DNA from: Kiritimatiellia bacterium
Lineage (GTDB): Bacteria > Verrucomicrobiota > Kiritimatiellia > CAIKKV01 > CAITUY01
Length of the DNA: 64,000 nt
Assembly: GCA_038330175.1 (NCBI GenBank)
Contig: JBBQNS010000003.1
Coordinates: forward strand, 283-64,282
Reading direction: 5' to 3'
Each line of letters starts with the position of its first letter. Within the stretch, counting starts at the first letter, position 1. Both the position numbers and the translations under genes were made by a program. Below, one piece after another: positions 9,091 through 18,055 of this stretch. The notes under the pieces are model-generated. The model worked only from the letters and a program-made list of their open reading frames with translations. It searched no databases and was not told where the DNA came from.

Positions 9091-10391
9091 AAGCCTTTAA
9101 GGGAGATCCGACACTTGAATTTGCGGAGCCAGCCATCGTCAGAGCAGCACAAGCCGAGCGGTTGCGCCGCCATGTAGCGTGGTGTGCCCGTAAGTCGCCC
9201 TATTACCGCCGCCTGTTCCGAGATTCGGGCATTAAACACAAGTGGGTCAGCCTGGAAACCCTCGCTCAGTTCCCCACCACGAGTAAATCAGACCTAGCCC
9301 GGTACAATGACGAGTTCCTCGCCGTCGCCCCTTCAGAAATTGTCGATATCGTGCTATCCTCCGGCACCACCGGCAAGCCGGTTCGGATCCTTTACACCGA
9401 ACGCGATCTCACGCGGCTGGCCCACAACGAACAACTCTCGTTTGCCGGCTGCGGTATCACCACCGGAGATGTGGCCCTGCTGACATGCACGATGGACCGT
9501 TGCTTCATTGCCGGCTTGGCTTACTTCCTGGGAATCCGGGCACTCGGAGCCGCGGCCATCCGCAACGGACACGGGACGCTGGCCAGTCATTTGGAGATCA
9601 TCAAAACCATCCGCCCGTCCGTATTGGTGGGGGTGCCGTCGTTCCTCCGCAAATTGGCAGTCTATATGAAGGACCACGGAATCGACGCCTCCCAGACCTC
9701 CGTTCGCAAACTCGTCTGCATTGGCGAACCGGTACGCGGGGCCGACATGGCGCTGCTAAAATTAGGAAGCGACCTTCAGGCATTCTGGAAGGCCGACGTG
9801 TACTCCACCTACGCCTCCTCTGAATGCATCTCGACCTTCTGCGAATGCACTGCCCAGCAGGGCGGGCACCTGCATCCCGATCTGGCTATTGTTGAAATCC
9901 TGAACGACAGGGGAGATGCGGCCGCTCCAGGCCAGTCTGGGGAAGTGGTGCTGACCCCCCTTGACATGGAGGGAATGCCGCTGATCCGCTTCCGAACGGG
10001 GGATGTGAGTTTCCTGATGACGGAGCCCTGCTCATGTGGGCGCACCTCGCCCCGACTGGGACCGATTATCGGTCGGAAACAACAGATGATGAAGGTTCGC
10101 GGCACCACCTTGTATCCGCAAGCCGTCTTCGCGGCGCTGGATGAACTCCCGACGTTGGGCGATTATTATCTGGAAATTGTTGAAAAAGAAAACCTCTCTG
10201 ACGACCTGATCATCCATCTCGCCGCCCGGGCGGGTCAGCCGTCGCCCGACTGGCTCCGCGCACACCTTCAAGCCTGTCTGCGAGTGACCCCCGTCATCGT
10301 CATTGACCCCGAAGACAAAGTTCGGCAACATTTATATTCACCTGAATCACGGAAGCCCGTGCGGGTATGGGATCGGAGAAAAAACACGTGA
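9087..10391 (+). CDS. Phenylacetate-CoA ligase (PaaK)-like adenylating enzyme
   Basis: SSGTTGKP P-loop, YASSE, PLIRFRTGD, RKQQMMKVRGTTLYP. Confidence 0.85.
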   Translation: MKAFKGDPTLEFAEPAIVRAAQAERLRRHVAWCARKSPYYRRLFRDSGIKHKWVSLETLAQFPTTSKSDLARYNDEFLAVAPSEIVDIVLSSGTTGKPVRILYTERDLTRLAHNEQLSFAGCGITTGDVALLTCTMDRCFIAGLAYFLGIRALGAAAIRNGHGTLASHLEIIKTIRPSVLVGVPSFLRKLAVYMKDHGIDASQTSVRKLVCIGEPVRGADMALLKLGSDLQAFWKADVYSTYASSECISTFCECTAQQGGHLHPDLAIVEILNDRGDAAAPGQSGEVVLTPLDMEGMPLIRFRTGDVSFLMTEPCSCGRTSPRLGPIIGRKQQMMKVRGTTLYPQAVFAALDELPTLGDYYLEIVEKENLSDDLIIHLAARAGQPSPDWLRAHLQACLRVTPVIVIDPEDKVRQHLYSPESRKPVRVWDRRKNT

Positions 10392-11872
10392 GCTGTCACA
10401 ACCTCATGATCGGGTCGGAGTTTGACAAAGCCGATATCGATTTCGCTGCTAAAAACGGACGGTTGCTCTCGATAGAAATCGAGTTTGGCCTCCAATGCAA
10501 TTTTCGGTGCCAGTACTGCTATGTCGGGAATACCGACACCACCATCAATACGCTCTCCCCGGATGAAATTCGGCGCGTCATTGTAGAAGCCAAGGATCTA
10601 GGCGCGCGTAAGATCATTGCGCTGGGTGGCGAACCCATGATCTATCCCAACTTTCTGGGAATGCTGCAATTTATGCGCGACTTGGGGCTTTCCGTCGAAG
10701 TATTCACTAACGGTACCAATATGACCCCGGAATCGGCAAAGCGTCTTTATGATCTAGGCGTTCAGGTCGTCCTCAAAATGAACAGTTTCTCGGAAATCAT
10801 CCAAGATGAACTCGCAGGGGTCAAGGGAGCCTACCAGATCATCCAGGAGGCTTACCGGAACCTGACCGCCGCGGGTTTCCCGTCGGAAGGACATCCCTTG
10901 GCGGTCAGTACGATTATCTGCAACCAAAACCTGTCGGAGATTGTGCCGATGTGGCAATGGTTAAGGGACCGGAAGATCACCCCCTATTTCGAAATCATGA
11001 CTCCGCAGGGAAACGCGCAGGACAACCAGCATCTGGATGTTGAACTCCCGCGTCTCAAATCACTTTTCACCGAGCTCGCCGAGCTGGATCATGCCCGGTA
11101 TGGTTACCGGTGGGAGCCCCAGCCGCCCTTGGTGGGAGATCGCTGCCTCCGCCACCAATTCTCATGTCTGGTCAATGCGACGGGGAACGTCATGCCGTGT
11201 GTTGGGGTTACCATTCCCGTTGGCAATGTCAGGGAGCATGCTTTGGCCGATATTCTTCGCGACAGCGAAGTGATTGGCGATCTGCGGCACTACACTAAAA
11301 CCATCCACGGCCCCTGCGCGGCCTGTGAGAAAGCCGAATCTTGTTACGGTTGCCGTGGAGCGGCCTATCAATCAACGGGTGATTACCTGGCCTCTGACCC
11401 CCTGTGCTGGAGGAATGAGGGACACGAAGCAGAGATCATGAAACTCCCCTCCGCCATCGGGCACATGATTCCCCAGCAGGCCCCGATGCGCCTGGTTGAT
11501 CGCCTGATCTCCGTGGGAGAGCGGGTGGCTGTCGTCGAAACCACCCTGCGGCCAGACAACCCTTTTGTGGATGACGAGGGGACGCTGGATACGGCAGCCT
11601 ATCTGGAACTCATTGCCCAGGCCGCGGCCACGATGAACGGATTCAGAACCTCCTTCCGCGAAGGGCATGACCCTCAGGGGTATTTGCTGGGAGCCCGCCA
11701 GATGGAAACGTTTGGAATCGCCCGCGTAGGTGATACCCTTTCCATTCATGTGTTCAAGGCGACCCGATTTGGGGATTTCGGGATTATTGAAGGTCGGGTT
11801 TCCTGCGGCAAAACGCTTCTGGCTCGAGGCGAGATTAAGGTCTGGCATCAAGCCTCCGAGATAAAAGAATGA
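10388..11872 (+). CDS. Radical SAM/SPASM protein fused to a C-terminal hotdog-fold 3-hydroxyacyl-ACP dehydratase (ApeP/FabZ-like)
   Basis: CNFRCQYC (10496-10519), GGEP, SPASM Cys array (CLRHQFSC...MPC...CAACEKAESCYGCR...DPLCW), then IPQQAPMRLVDRL...ELIAQAAA...GYLLGAR; GTG 10388 overlaps the PaaK stop (GTGA). Confidence 0.88.
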   Translation: MSCHNLMIGSEFDKADIDFAAKNGRLLSIEIEFGLQCNFRCQYCYVGNTDTTINTLSPDEIRRVIVEAKDLGARKIIALGGEPMIYPNFLGMLQFMRDLGLSVEVFTNGTNMTPESAKRLYDLGVQVVLKMNSFSEIIQDELAGVKGAYQIIQEAYRNLTAAGFPSEGHPLAVSTIICNQNLSEIVPMWQWLRDRKITPYFEIMTPQGNAQDNQHLDVELPRLKSLFTELAELDHARYGYRWEPQPPLVGDRCLRHQFSCLVNATGNVMPCVGVTIPVGNVREHALADILRDSEVIGDLRHYTKTIHGPCAACEKAESCYGCRGAAYQSTGDYLASDPLCWRNEGHEAEIMKLPSAIGHMIPQQAPMRLVDRLISVGERVAVVETTLRPDNPFVDDEGTLDTAAYLELIAQAAATMNGFRTSFREGHDPQGYLLGARQMETFGIARVGDTLSIHVFKATRFGDFGIIEGRVSCGKTLLARGEIKVWHQASEIKE

Positions 11873-12525
11873 ACCTGTTCATGCCCACAAACTGTGTCCG
11901 CGGCGTGGTGAGTGCTGGATGCCTCGCATTGATGGCGGCATCTGCGGTGGCGACGCCTGCCCTTTTTGACGAACTACAGAAAAGCCTTGCCGGTACAACC
12001 AATGTCCAGAGCGGGTTCATTCAAGAGAAGACTCTCACCCTGCTGCAGCAAACGGTGGTGATCCGGGGACGACTAGCAGTCGAACAACCGGATCGCCTGG
12101 CGTGGTACGTTGAGGAGCCTATCCGATACAATATGATCTTGGACGGCTCCACGTTAAAACAGTGGGACGCGGCCACCGGTAAGGTGCAAACGATGTCAAT
12201 GGCAGGGAATCCCGTCTTCAAGGTGGTTGTCACTCAACTCCGCGCTTGGTTCTCAGGCCGGCTCGATTTGTTAACTCAGGATTTCGACTCCGAGGCCGAT
12301 ACCGCTTTAGGGCGCGCCCAAATCACTTTTATCCCGAAAAGCGGAAGCTTCGCCTTCAAGGTGATTAAGCGGGTGGTCCTGACGTTCCGCGAGGACCGAC
12401 GTTATATTCAGGATATGTTGATCGAAGAACAATCGGGCGATCGCACGACCATGACCTTCACCAATACGATCCTCAATGCCGCTATTCCTGCGGCAACCTG
12501 GGAGGTTAAGCCGCATGGCCGGTAG
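11869..12525 (+). CDS. LolA-like periplasmic lipid/lipoprotein carrier (ApeL-like)
   Basis: Signal peptide; FIQEKTL...G.L....PDRLAW.VEEP..Y.MILDG pattern. Confidence 0.8.
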   Translation: MNLFMPTNCVRGVVSAGCLALMAASAVATPALFDELQKSLAGTTNVQSGFIQEKTLTLLQQTVVIRGRLAVEQPDRLAWYVEEPIRYNMILDGSTLKQWDAATGKVQTMSMAGNPVFKVVVTQLRAWFSGRLDLLTQDFDSEADTALGRAQITFIPKSGSFAFKVIKRVVLTFREDRRYIQDMLIEEQSGDRTTMTFTNTILNAAIPAATWEVKPHGR

Positions 12526-14896
12526 CCATTTCCTTCGCACCTTTACCTGGCTTGAAAATCACCGCAACCTGGCCATTGGCCTGTTGCTCACCCTTCTCGT
12601 AGTGGCGGGCTTAAGCCTCGTCCGAGTCCGATTTGACAACACACTGGATCTGATGCTGCCGGTAGGCAGTCCCGCCCAACGGATGATGTCTTTTTTGCGC
12701 GAAGCCAATTTCTCCAATAAAATTGTAATTTCACTAGAGGCGCTGGACACAGACGAAGCGCGTGGTCGGCTTCTGGCGGCAGCGGATGGTTTGGCGGCTG
12801 CCCTTCCCTCCCCGCTGATCACAAAAGTTACAACCGGCTTTTCCACACCCGACCTCATGAATGATGCCGGCTTTTTCCTGAAACACGCGCCGCAGATTCT
12901 AACCTCTAACGACTTGGCCGGCATCGATGCAGAGCTAACAACGACCGGAATCAGCGGCGTCGTGCAACGCTTGTACTACCAGCTCCTGAAACCCGAGGGC
13001 ATGTTCATGGCCCAGTCCATCCGGACGGATCCGCTGGCCATCAACCAGATGATTCTGGCCCAAATGTCCAAGCTATCCACCAGCATGGGTTATGATGTAA
13101 CCATGGAAAACGGACATTTCATCAGCCGAGATGGCCGCCATACCATGCTCTTGCTTGAAACGACGGTGCCCCTCACGGATGCCGATGGAGCCCGCATGTT
13201 GCTCGCGTACCTAAACCAGAAACTCGCTACGTTGCCGGCCGGCATCACCGCCTCACTGATATGCGGCCATACTCATGTCGTCAGCAACGAAGATACCATT
13301 AAGCGCGATCTCGGGGTGGTGCTGACGTTGGCCTCGCTCGCCTTCGTTATCCTGTATGTTGGTTTTTTCCGGGACACCCGGGCGCTGTTGATTTTCATTA
13401 TTCCGGCCTTGGCCGCCTTAGTCGCACTGGCCATCACCGCCTTGTTTTTCCCACGCCTCTCTTATTTTGTTATTGCCTTTGGGCCGGTGATTGCGGGAAT
13501 TGCCGATGACTACGGAATCGCCGTTTATGTTGCGATTCGGCATGGCTCGAACCGGGCCGAATCTGTGAAGCACGTCTTGGCGCCCGTCACTGCAGGCGCC
13601 GTGACCACCACGGGAATTTTCTTCGCCTTTTTCTTCTCCCGCATCCCCGGTTACTACCAACTGGCCTGGTTCTGCATTCTCAGCATTCTCCTGACCCTTG
13701 CCCTCGCCCTCTGGATCCTGCCGCTGTTCCTGCGGCCCGGCCTGACGCCGGAAGAACATGACGCAACCCCATCCTTTATCCCACCGAAACGCCCCAAACT
13801 CTATCTTGCTGGTTTTGCCGTTCTCTTTGTTCTAGCGGTGGCCTGTGCGACTCGGGTCCGGTTTGACAATGATGTGACGCGCCTTGATGGAGCCGCGCCC
13901 TCGATTCTCAAAGCGGAAGAGGAGTTCAAAACGGTTTGGGGTACCGGCGAGAAAAAAGAGGCTATCCTAGCCGTCATGGGGGATAGCTATGAAAATGTCC
14001 GAGAGAAGACCGACGCCGCCTACGAAGAGGCGATCGCAGCCGTCGGCCCCTCGCAATTTGTAAGCTTGTCCTCCGTCTGGCCGTCCGGGAAGACCCGCGC
14101 TGCACGGGCTTCTGCGTGGACAAATTTTTGGAAGGCAGGCCGGGAGGAACACCTCAGGAAATTGTTGGCTATACAAGGGAAAGCCTGCGGGTTTGCCACC
14201 AACGCTTTTGATCCCTTCTTTGCAAATCTGTATGACGGCACCGTGCTAACCGATGAGCCCGTTTCAAACCGGGTCCTCATCAGCCTGAAAGATCGCTTTG
14301 TCCAAACTCCCAACGGGCGGTATCAAACGCTGTCCTATTTTCCAGACAACCCGGAAATGGTAGCTTCACTGAGCCGGGTTTTAGGAAACCGGTCAGACGC
14401 CTCCATCATCTCCCGAACCGAATTGGGAAACATTCTCTCAACCGCGTTTACCGGAGAAGTGGTGCGCACGTCACTGCTGGCCGGACTGATGATCCTCCTG
14501 ACCGCCTGGCTATTCATTCACAATCTGCCTCTGACACTGGTAGCCCTGTCGCCCGCATTTGCTGCCGTCATCGGACTTTTAGCCATCATGGGAGTGATGG
14601 GACGCCCGCTCAACGTGGCTAACTTGATTTCGGGAATTGTGGTTTTCGGACTCAGTATTGATTTCGGGATGCACATCCTGCATTCCTGCCGTCATCCACA
14701 AGGCGTACACGCCCGAATGGCGGTTACCTTTGCCGCGATGACGACGGTCATGGGGGCGGCGGTATTGCTATTTGCGCGGCATCCTGCGCTTTATTCCATT
14801 GGATTGACTTTATCGATTGGTGTGACCTTAGGTTATTTTGCCGCCATGTGGATGGTACCGGCATTATATGAGGTGGTTGGCAGGAGGCAGGAATGA
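12515..14896 (+). CDS. MMPL/RND-family lipid exporter (ApeM-like)
   Basis: Two blocks of TM helices separated by large loops; GIADDYGI and GLSIDFG motifs; RBS GGAGG at 12501-12505 supports ATG 12515. Confidence 0.85.
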   Translation: MAGSHFLRTFTWLENHRNLAIGLLLTLLVVAGLSLVRVRFDNTLDLMLPVGSPAQRMMSFLREANFSNKIVISLEALDTDEARGRLLAAADGLAAALPSPLITKVTTGFSTPDLMNDAGFFLKHAPQILTSNDLAGIDAELTTTGISGVVQRLYYQLLKPEGMFMAQSIRTDPLAINQMILAQMSKLSTSMGYDVTMENGHFISRDGRHTMLLLETTVPLTDADGARMLLAYLNQKLATLPAGITASLICGHTHVVSNEDTIKRDLGVVLTLASLAFVILYVGFFRDTRALLIFIIPALAALVALAITALFFPRLSYFVIAFGPVIAGIADDYGIAVYVAIRHGSNRAESVKHVLAPVTAGAVTTTGIFFAFFFSRIPGYYQLAWFCILSILLTLALALWILPLFLRPGLTPEEHDATPSFIPPKRPKLYLAGFAVLFVLAVACATRVRFDNDVTRLDGAAPSILKAEEEFKTVWGTGEKKEAILAVMGDSYENVREKTDAAYEEAIAAVGPSQFVSLSSVWPSGKTRAARASAWTNFWKAGREEHLRKLLAIQGKACGFATNAFDPFFANLYDGTVLTDEPVSNRVLISLKDRFVQTPNGRYQTLSYFPDNPEMVASLSRVLGNRSDASIISRTELGNILSTAFTGEVVRTSLLAGLMILLTAWLFIHNLPLTLVALSPAFAAVIGLLAIMGVMGRPLNVANLISGIVVFGLSIDFGMHILHSCRHPQGVHARMAVTFAAMTTVMGAAVLLFARHPALYSIGLTLSIGVTLGYFAAMWMVPALYEVVGRRQE

Positions 14897-15561
14897 AACG
14901 GCTAACGCTCATTACCGCCGCTTCGCTCCTGCTCCTCTGCTCCTGCCGAACGCTGCCCCCGGTGGAACCGGGTGAAGCGGCTAAGGTGTCGGCAACGGCC
15001 GATGCCGCTTTGCCGCAATCGTTCAAGGCTCAACAGGTTTTGATGTTTGAGTTTAAACCCCATTGGTGGTGGCCAACCATCCACATGACCGCGCTCGGCT
15101 ATGCCACGGTGAATCGCAAGACCGGTGATTACGCCGTAGTGTGCCTGACCCCGGTGGGCGTTAAACTATTTGAAGCAAAACGTCTTGCAGGAGTCACCAC
15201 GGTCACTGTAGCTTTACCCATCAAACACGACAAAGAGGCGATGGAACGTGCGATCGGAGAAGACATTGAGAGCATGTACTTTGGCCTGACCCCGCCCGAA
15301 AATGCAGATTGGAGAAAGGACCGCCGCGAGCTTAGCGCCACCAGCGGCGATGGGGCCAAGCGCGAAGAGTGGCATTTTGCCGCTGACACGGGCCGACTCT
15401 CCCGAAAAGAGGTGCAGTCCTCGGATGGCACGAGAACCATCCTGTTTAGCGATTACAAACTTTTGCTTGGTGGCGCCTATCCGGCATTGATCAGTATCAA
15501 AAATAACCGTTTTCGTTACACCCTATCGGTACAACAGAGCTTAGTTAGCGTCAGTAAATAG
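14893..15561 (+). CDS. Lipoprotein, DUF3261/ApeN-like
   Basis: Lipobox LLCSC; VVCLTPVGVKLFE motif; position after MMPL as in aryl-polyene clusters. Confidence 0.65.
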   Translation: MKRLTLITAASLLLLCSCRTLPPVEPGEAAKVSATADAALPQSFKAQQVLMFEFKPHWWWPTIHMTALGYATVNRKTGDYAVVCLTPVGVKLFEAKRLAGVTTVTVALPIKHDKEAMERAIGEDIESMYFGLTPPENADWRKDRRELSATSGDGAKREEWHFAADTGRLSRKEVQSSDGTRTILFSDYKLLLGGAYPALISIKNNRFRYTLSVQQSLVSVSK

Positions 15562-15581
15562 CATGCGCAAAACCCAAAGTC

Positions 15582-15651
15582 ACCCACCCCTAGCCCCTCC
15601 AAGGAGGGGATCTCAGTCTGGTTCCCCTCCCTGGAGGGGCTAGGGGTGGGT
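15582..15651. repeat. 29-bp inverted repeat (1 mismatch), REP-like, each arm itself a hairpin
   Basis: ACCCACCCCTAGCCCCTCCAAGGAGGGGA (15582-15610) and TCCCCTCCCTGGAGGGGCTAGGGGTGGGT (15623-15651). Confidence 0.85.
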
Positions 15652-15702
15652 TCTTGTGTATGGCCCGATATGATCTTATTATTAGAGAGGAAGGTAGGTT
15701 TT

Positions 15703-16581
15703 ATGACTTGGTTGAAATTATTTATGTTGGGGGCTGTCCTGGTTTGTTCGAGTTGCGCCACGGTCCCGTACCATTACGGCAAAGCCTCCGACTATGTGCG
15801 CAACCCACACGCGGTTGTCGACAAAGAGCCACAAGTGACCTATGGCACCCCGCATGGGTTTCTGGATGCCAGCGGCTGGATCTGGCCCGGCAGCTTATTT
15901 GGCAAGCTCATCCTATGGAATTACAAAGTGGATAGCCATCGCATCTCCACCCAGACAGTCGCCGCTGTTCAACAGTTTTTGGCGGACAACGAACTACAAG
16001 ATGTCAAAGTTCGTATTAATGATTATTGCGTAGGAGCGGAGTTTCGCCGCACAATTCACAATAAAGCGGTAGCGCCCGGATGGCGTTACACGTTTGGAAT
16101 TTTCTCCTGGTTAGGATACACCATCATGCCAGGTCGGTTTTTTGGTGGCGATAACTACAATCCCTATTCGAACACCATCAATCTGTATTCCGACCTGAAA
16201 CCTATCGGTTTACACGAATCGGGTCATTCCAAGGACTTTGCCCAGCGTACCTACAAGGGGACCTATGCGTTTTTCTATACCATTGTGCCCGGATTCAACC
16301 TCTATCCAGAAGCCAAAGCGTCGACTGAAGCGTTGAGCTACTTGCGCGCCAAAGGCGATGTAGATGAAAGCAAAGCGGCTTACAAGCTATTGTACCCAGC
16401 CTATGCGACCTATATCGGGGGCACCGCTGGCTCCCGTCTAGCCCAGCCGTGGATCTATTTGGTGGAAGCAGGGGTCGTTATTCCGGCCCACATCGTAGGA
16501 CGGATCAAGGCCGCCCGTGTTCCCGATAATTTGGAGCCCCAACCCTTGTTAACCCACGCGTCAGTAAATCTCTCGCCCTAA
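15703..16581 (+). CDS. Lipoprotein of unknown function with an HExxH (HESGH) motif
   Basis: Lipobox VCSSC after a hydrophobic stretch; LHESGHSKD and a downstream E (YPEAKAS); purine-rich RBS before ATG 15703. Confidence 0.7.
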   Translation: MTWLKLFMLGAVLVCSSCATVPYHYGKASDYVRNPHAVVDKEPQVTYGTPHGFLDASGWIWPGSLFGKLILWNYKVDSHRISTQTVAAVQQFLADNELQDVKVRINDYCVGAEFRRTIHNKAVAPGWRYTFGIFSWLGYTIMPGRFFGGDNYNPYSNTINLYSDLKPIGLHESGHSKDFAQRTYKGTYAFFYTIVPGFNLYPEAKASTEALSYLRAKGDVDESKAAYKLLYPAYATYIGGTAGSRLAQPWIYLVEAGVVIPAHIVGRIKAARVPDNLEPQPLLTHASVNLSP

Positions 16582-16703
16582 CCTAAACTGCTTTGAAACA
16601 CTAGACGCCTGTTTTCTGTGTTTGTTCCGGCTTCGAATTTCCAACAACACAATATCACACAGGTACTGACAGCTTTAAATTTTTGTGTTATCAGAGCTGT
16701 TTT

Positions 16704-17480
16704 ATGAGGTCTATTCTAACCATTGCGCTTATTTTATTACCGTTTTCGGCGGTCATTTCCGAAGCTAACACGGATGCTGTGGCGCGGGCTGAAGCCCAAG
16801 TATTGTTGGAATCCCTTTCCCAACAATTTTCCGGAATCCACACTTTGTCGTATACGGTTGAACGGACAACTCAAGGGCGCCGCCAAGCCTCAAAGGAGCG
16901 CTGGAGTTTCACTTATGCAACCCCTGGTTTTGTGCGGGTGGACTACCAATATCCTACTGAGCGTCACCTCATCCTGACCCCCAACTCCCTATATGAGTAT
17001 ATTCCGGCGCTACGTAAGGCGCTTCACACTGACCTAACAAAGATGACCGACACAGCACGACAAGCTACCATCAAACAAACCCTTACACGGATTTCCCTGG
17101 ATGGAATTAATCCCACCAAGTTTCAAGAGATGGTTCCCCGAACAACCTCCGTTACGATCATCGCCCCAACGTCGAGTATTTACCGCATTACAGGGAAGAA
17201 TCCTAAATTTTTGCTTGAACTTGACCAACAGCGAAAGGTTTTGCTGACGACCGACATCTATACACCAGCCAACGATCTCCTGCTCCATTGCGAGGCGTCT
17301 AAATTTATCGAAGCAAGCCCTGGGTTCTGGTATCCCCAGCAGTTAGACGCCCGTTACTTAACCGAACAAGGCTTTGTTTCCACCACCACCCTTATTCGTG
17401 ACATTGCCATTAATGCGCCTCTTACTAATACCCTATTTCAATTCACGCTGCCCGCCCACGCCTCTATAGAGACACGGTAA
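16704..17480 (+). CDS. Second LolA-like outer-membrane lipoprotein carrier
   Basis: Signal peptide; F.YATPGFVRVDYQYP...LILT...LYEY; ends FQFTLPAHA, typical of LolA-fold C-termini. Confidence 0.7.
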   Translation: MRSILTIALILLPFSAVISEANTDAVARAEAQVLLESLSQQFSGIHTLSYTVERTTQGRRQASKERWSFTYATPGFVRVDYQYPTERHLILTPNSLYEYIPALRKALHTDLTKMTDTARQATIKQTLTRISLDGINPTKFQEMVPRTTSVTIIAPTSSIYRITGKNPKFLLELDQQRKVLLTTDIYTPANDLLLHCEASKFIEASPGFWYPQQLDARYLTEQGFVSTTTLIRDIAINAPLTNTLFQFTLPAHASIETR

Positions 17481-17648
17481 ATTTAAAAGTATGTGAAAAA
17501 AACAAATTGCATCCTTGACGTTTTCTGGAGGGACGCAATAATGAGTGCGGTTATAATAAATTGAGCTTATGTCCCAGCCAAAGTTGTTGAACATGAAGCC
17601 GATTAAAAAAACGCAAATAAAAAAGGTAAAGGCAGGAGAATTCCAAAT

Positions 17649-17927
17649 ATGAAGAAAATTATTGGTGGTTTGTTAATTGGGATGGTGTTGATGGGTGCAG
17701 TTCCTTCTGCAAAGGCAGCTGATGCGGGCGGCGCAGCCATTCTGTCTGCTGTGCTTCCTGGCTGTGGCGAGTGGTATAACCGCGGATGGCAAGGCGGATT
17801 CCCATGGGCCGAATGTGTTGTCGGGCATGTTTGCTGTCTTTTCCAGCTAAGTTCCGTCATGGATGCCGTGAACGGCAATACGGATGAAGGGTTGCGTCTT
17901 GATTTCTGGTCAGCCCCTACAAAATAA
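17649..17927 (+). CDS. Small secreted/membrane protein (92 aa), Cys/Trp-rich
   Basis: RBS AGGAG, signal peptide ending AKA-A, motif AAILSAVLPGCGEWY, followed by a strong terminator. Confidence 0.75.
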   Translation: MKKIIGGLLIGMVLMGAVPSAKAADAGGAAILSAVLPGCGEWYNRGWQGGFPWAECVVGHVCCLFQLSSVMDAVNGNTDEGLRLDFWSAPTK

Positions 17928-17942
17928 AGCATTTTATGCATT

Positions 17943-17979
17943 AAAAAAGGAGGCCGGGAATTCCTCGGCCTCCTTTTTT
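17943..17979. terminator. Bidirectional intrinsic terminator
   Basis: AAAAAAGGAGGCCG-N9-CGGCCTCCTTTTTT, 14-bp perfect stem between convergent genes. Confidence 0.9.
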
Positions 17980-18055
17980 ATTTCTCAAGTAATCATTATT
18001 TTAAAACACTGGTATCCTGCAGAACGCCAGTGTTTTAAACTTATAACTCAGCCCC

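Noticed and set aside
5064-14517. Many 60-160 aa alternative-frame and antisense ORFs within the lipid cluster
   Set aside because: All overlap strongly supported, translationally coupled genes; expected by chance in GC-rich coding DNA.
17649-17927. Cys/Trp-rich peptide as a RiPP precursor for the radical SAM/SPASM enzyme
   Set aside because: It has a Sec signal peptide and a membrane motif shared with the TPR protein, is separately transcribed ~6 kb away, and the radical SAM is fused to an ACP-pathway domain.
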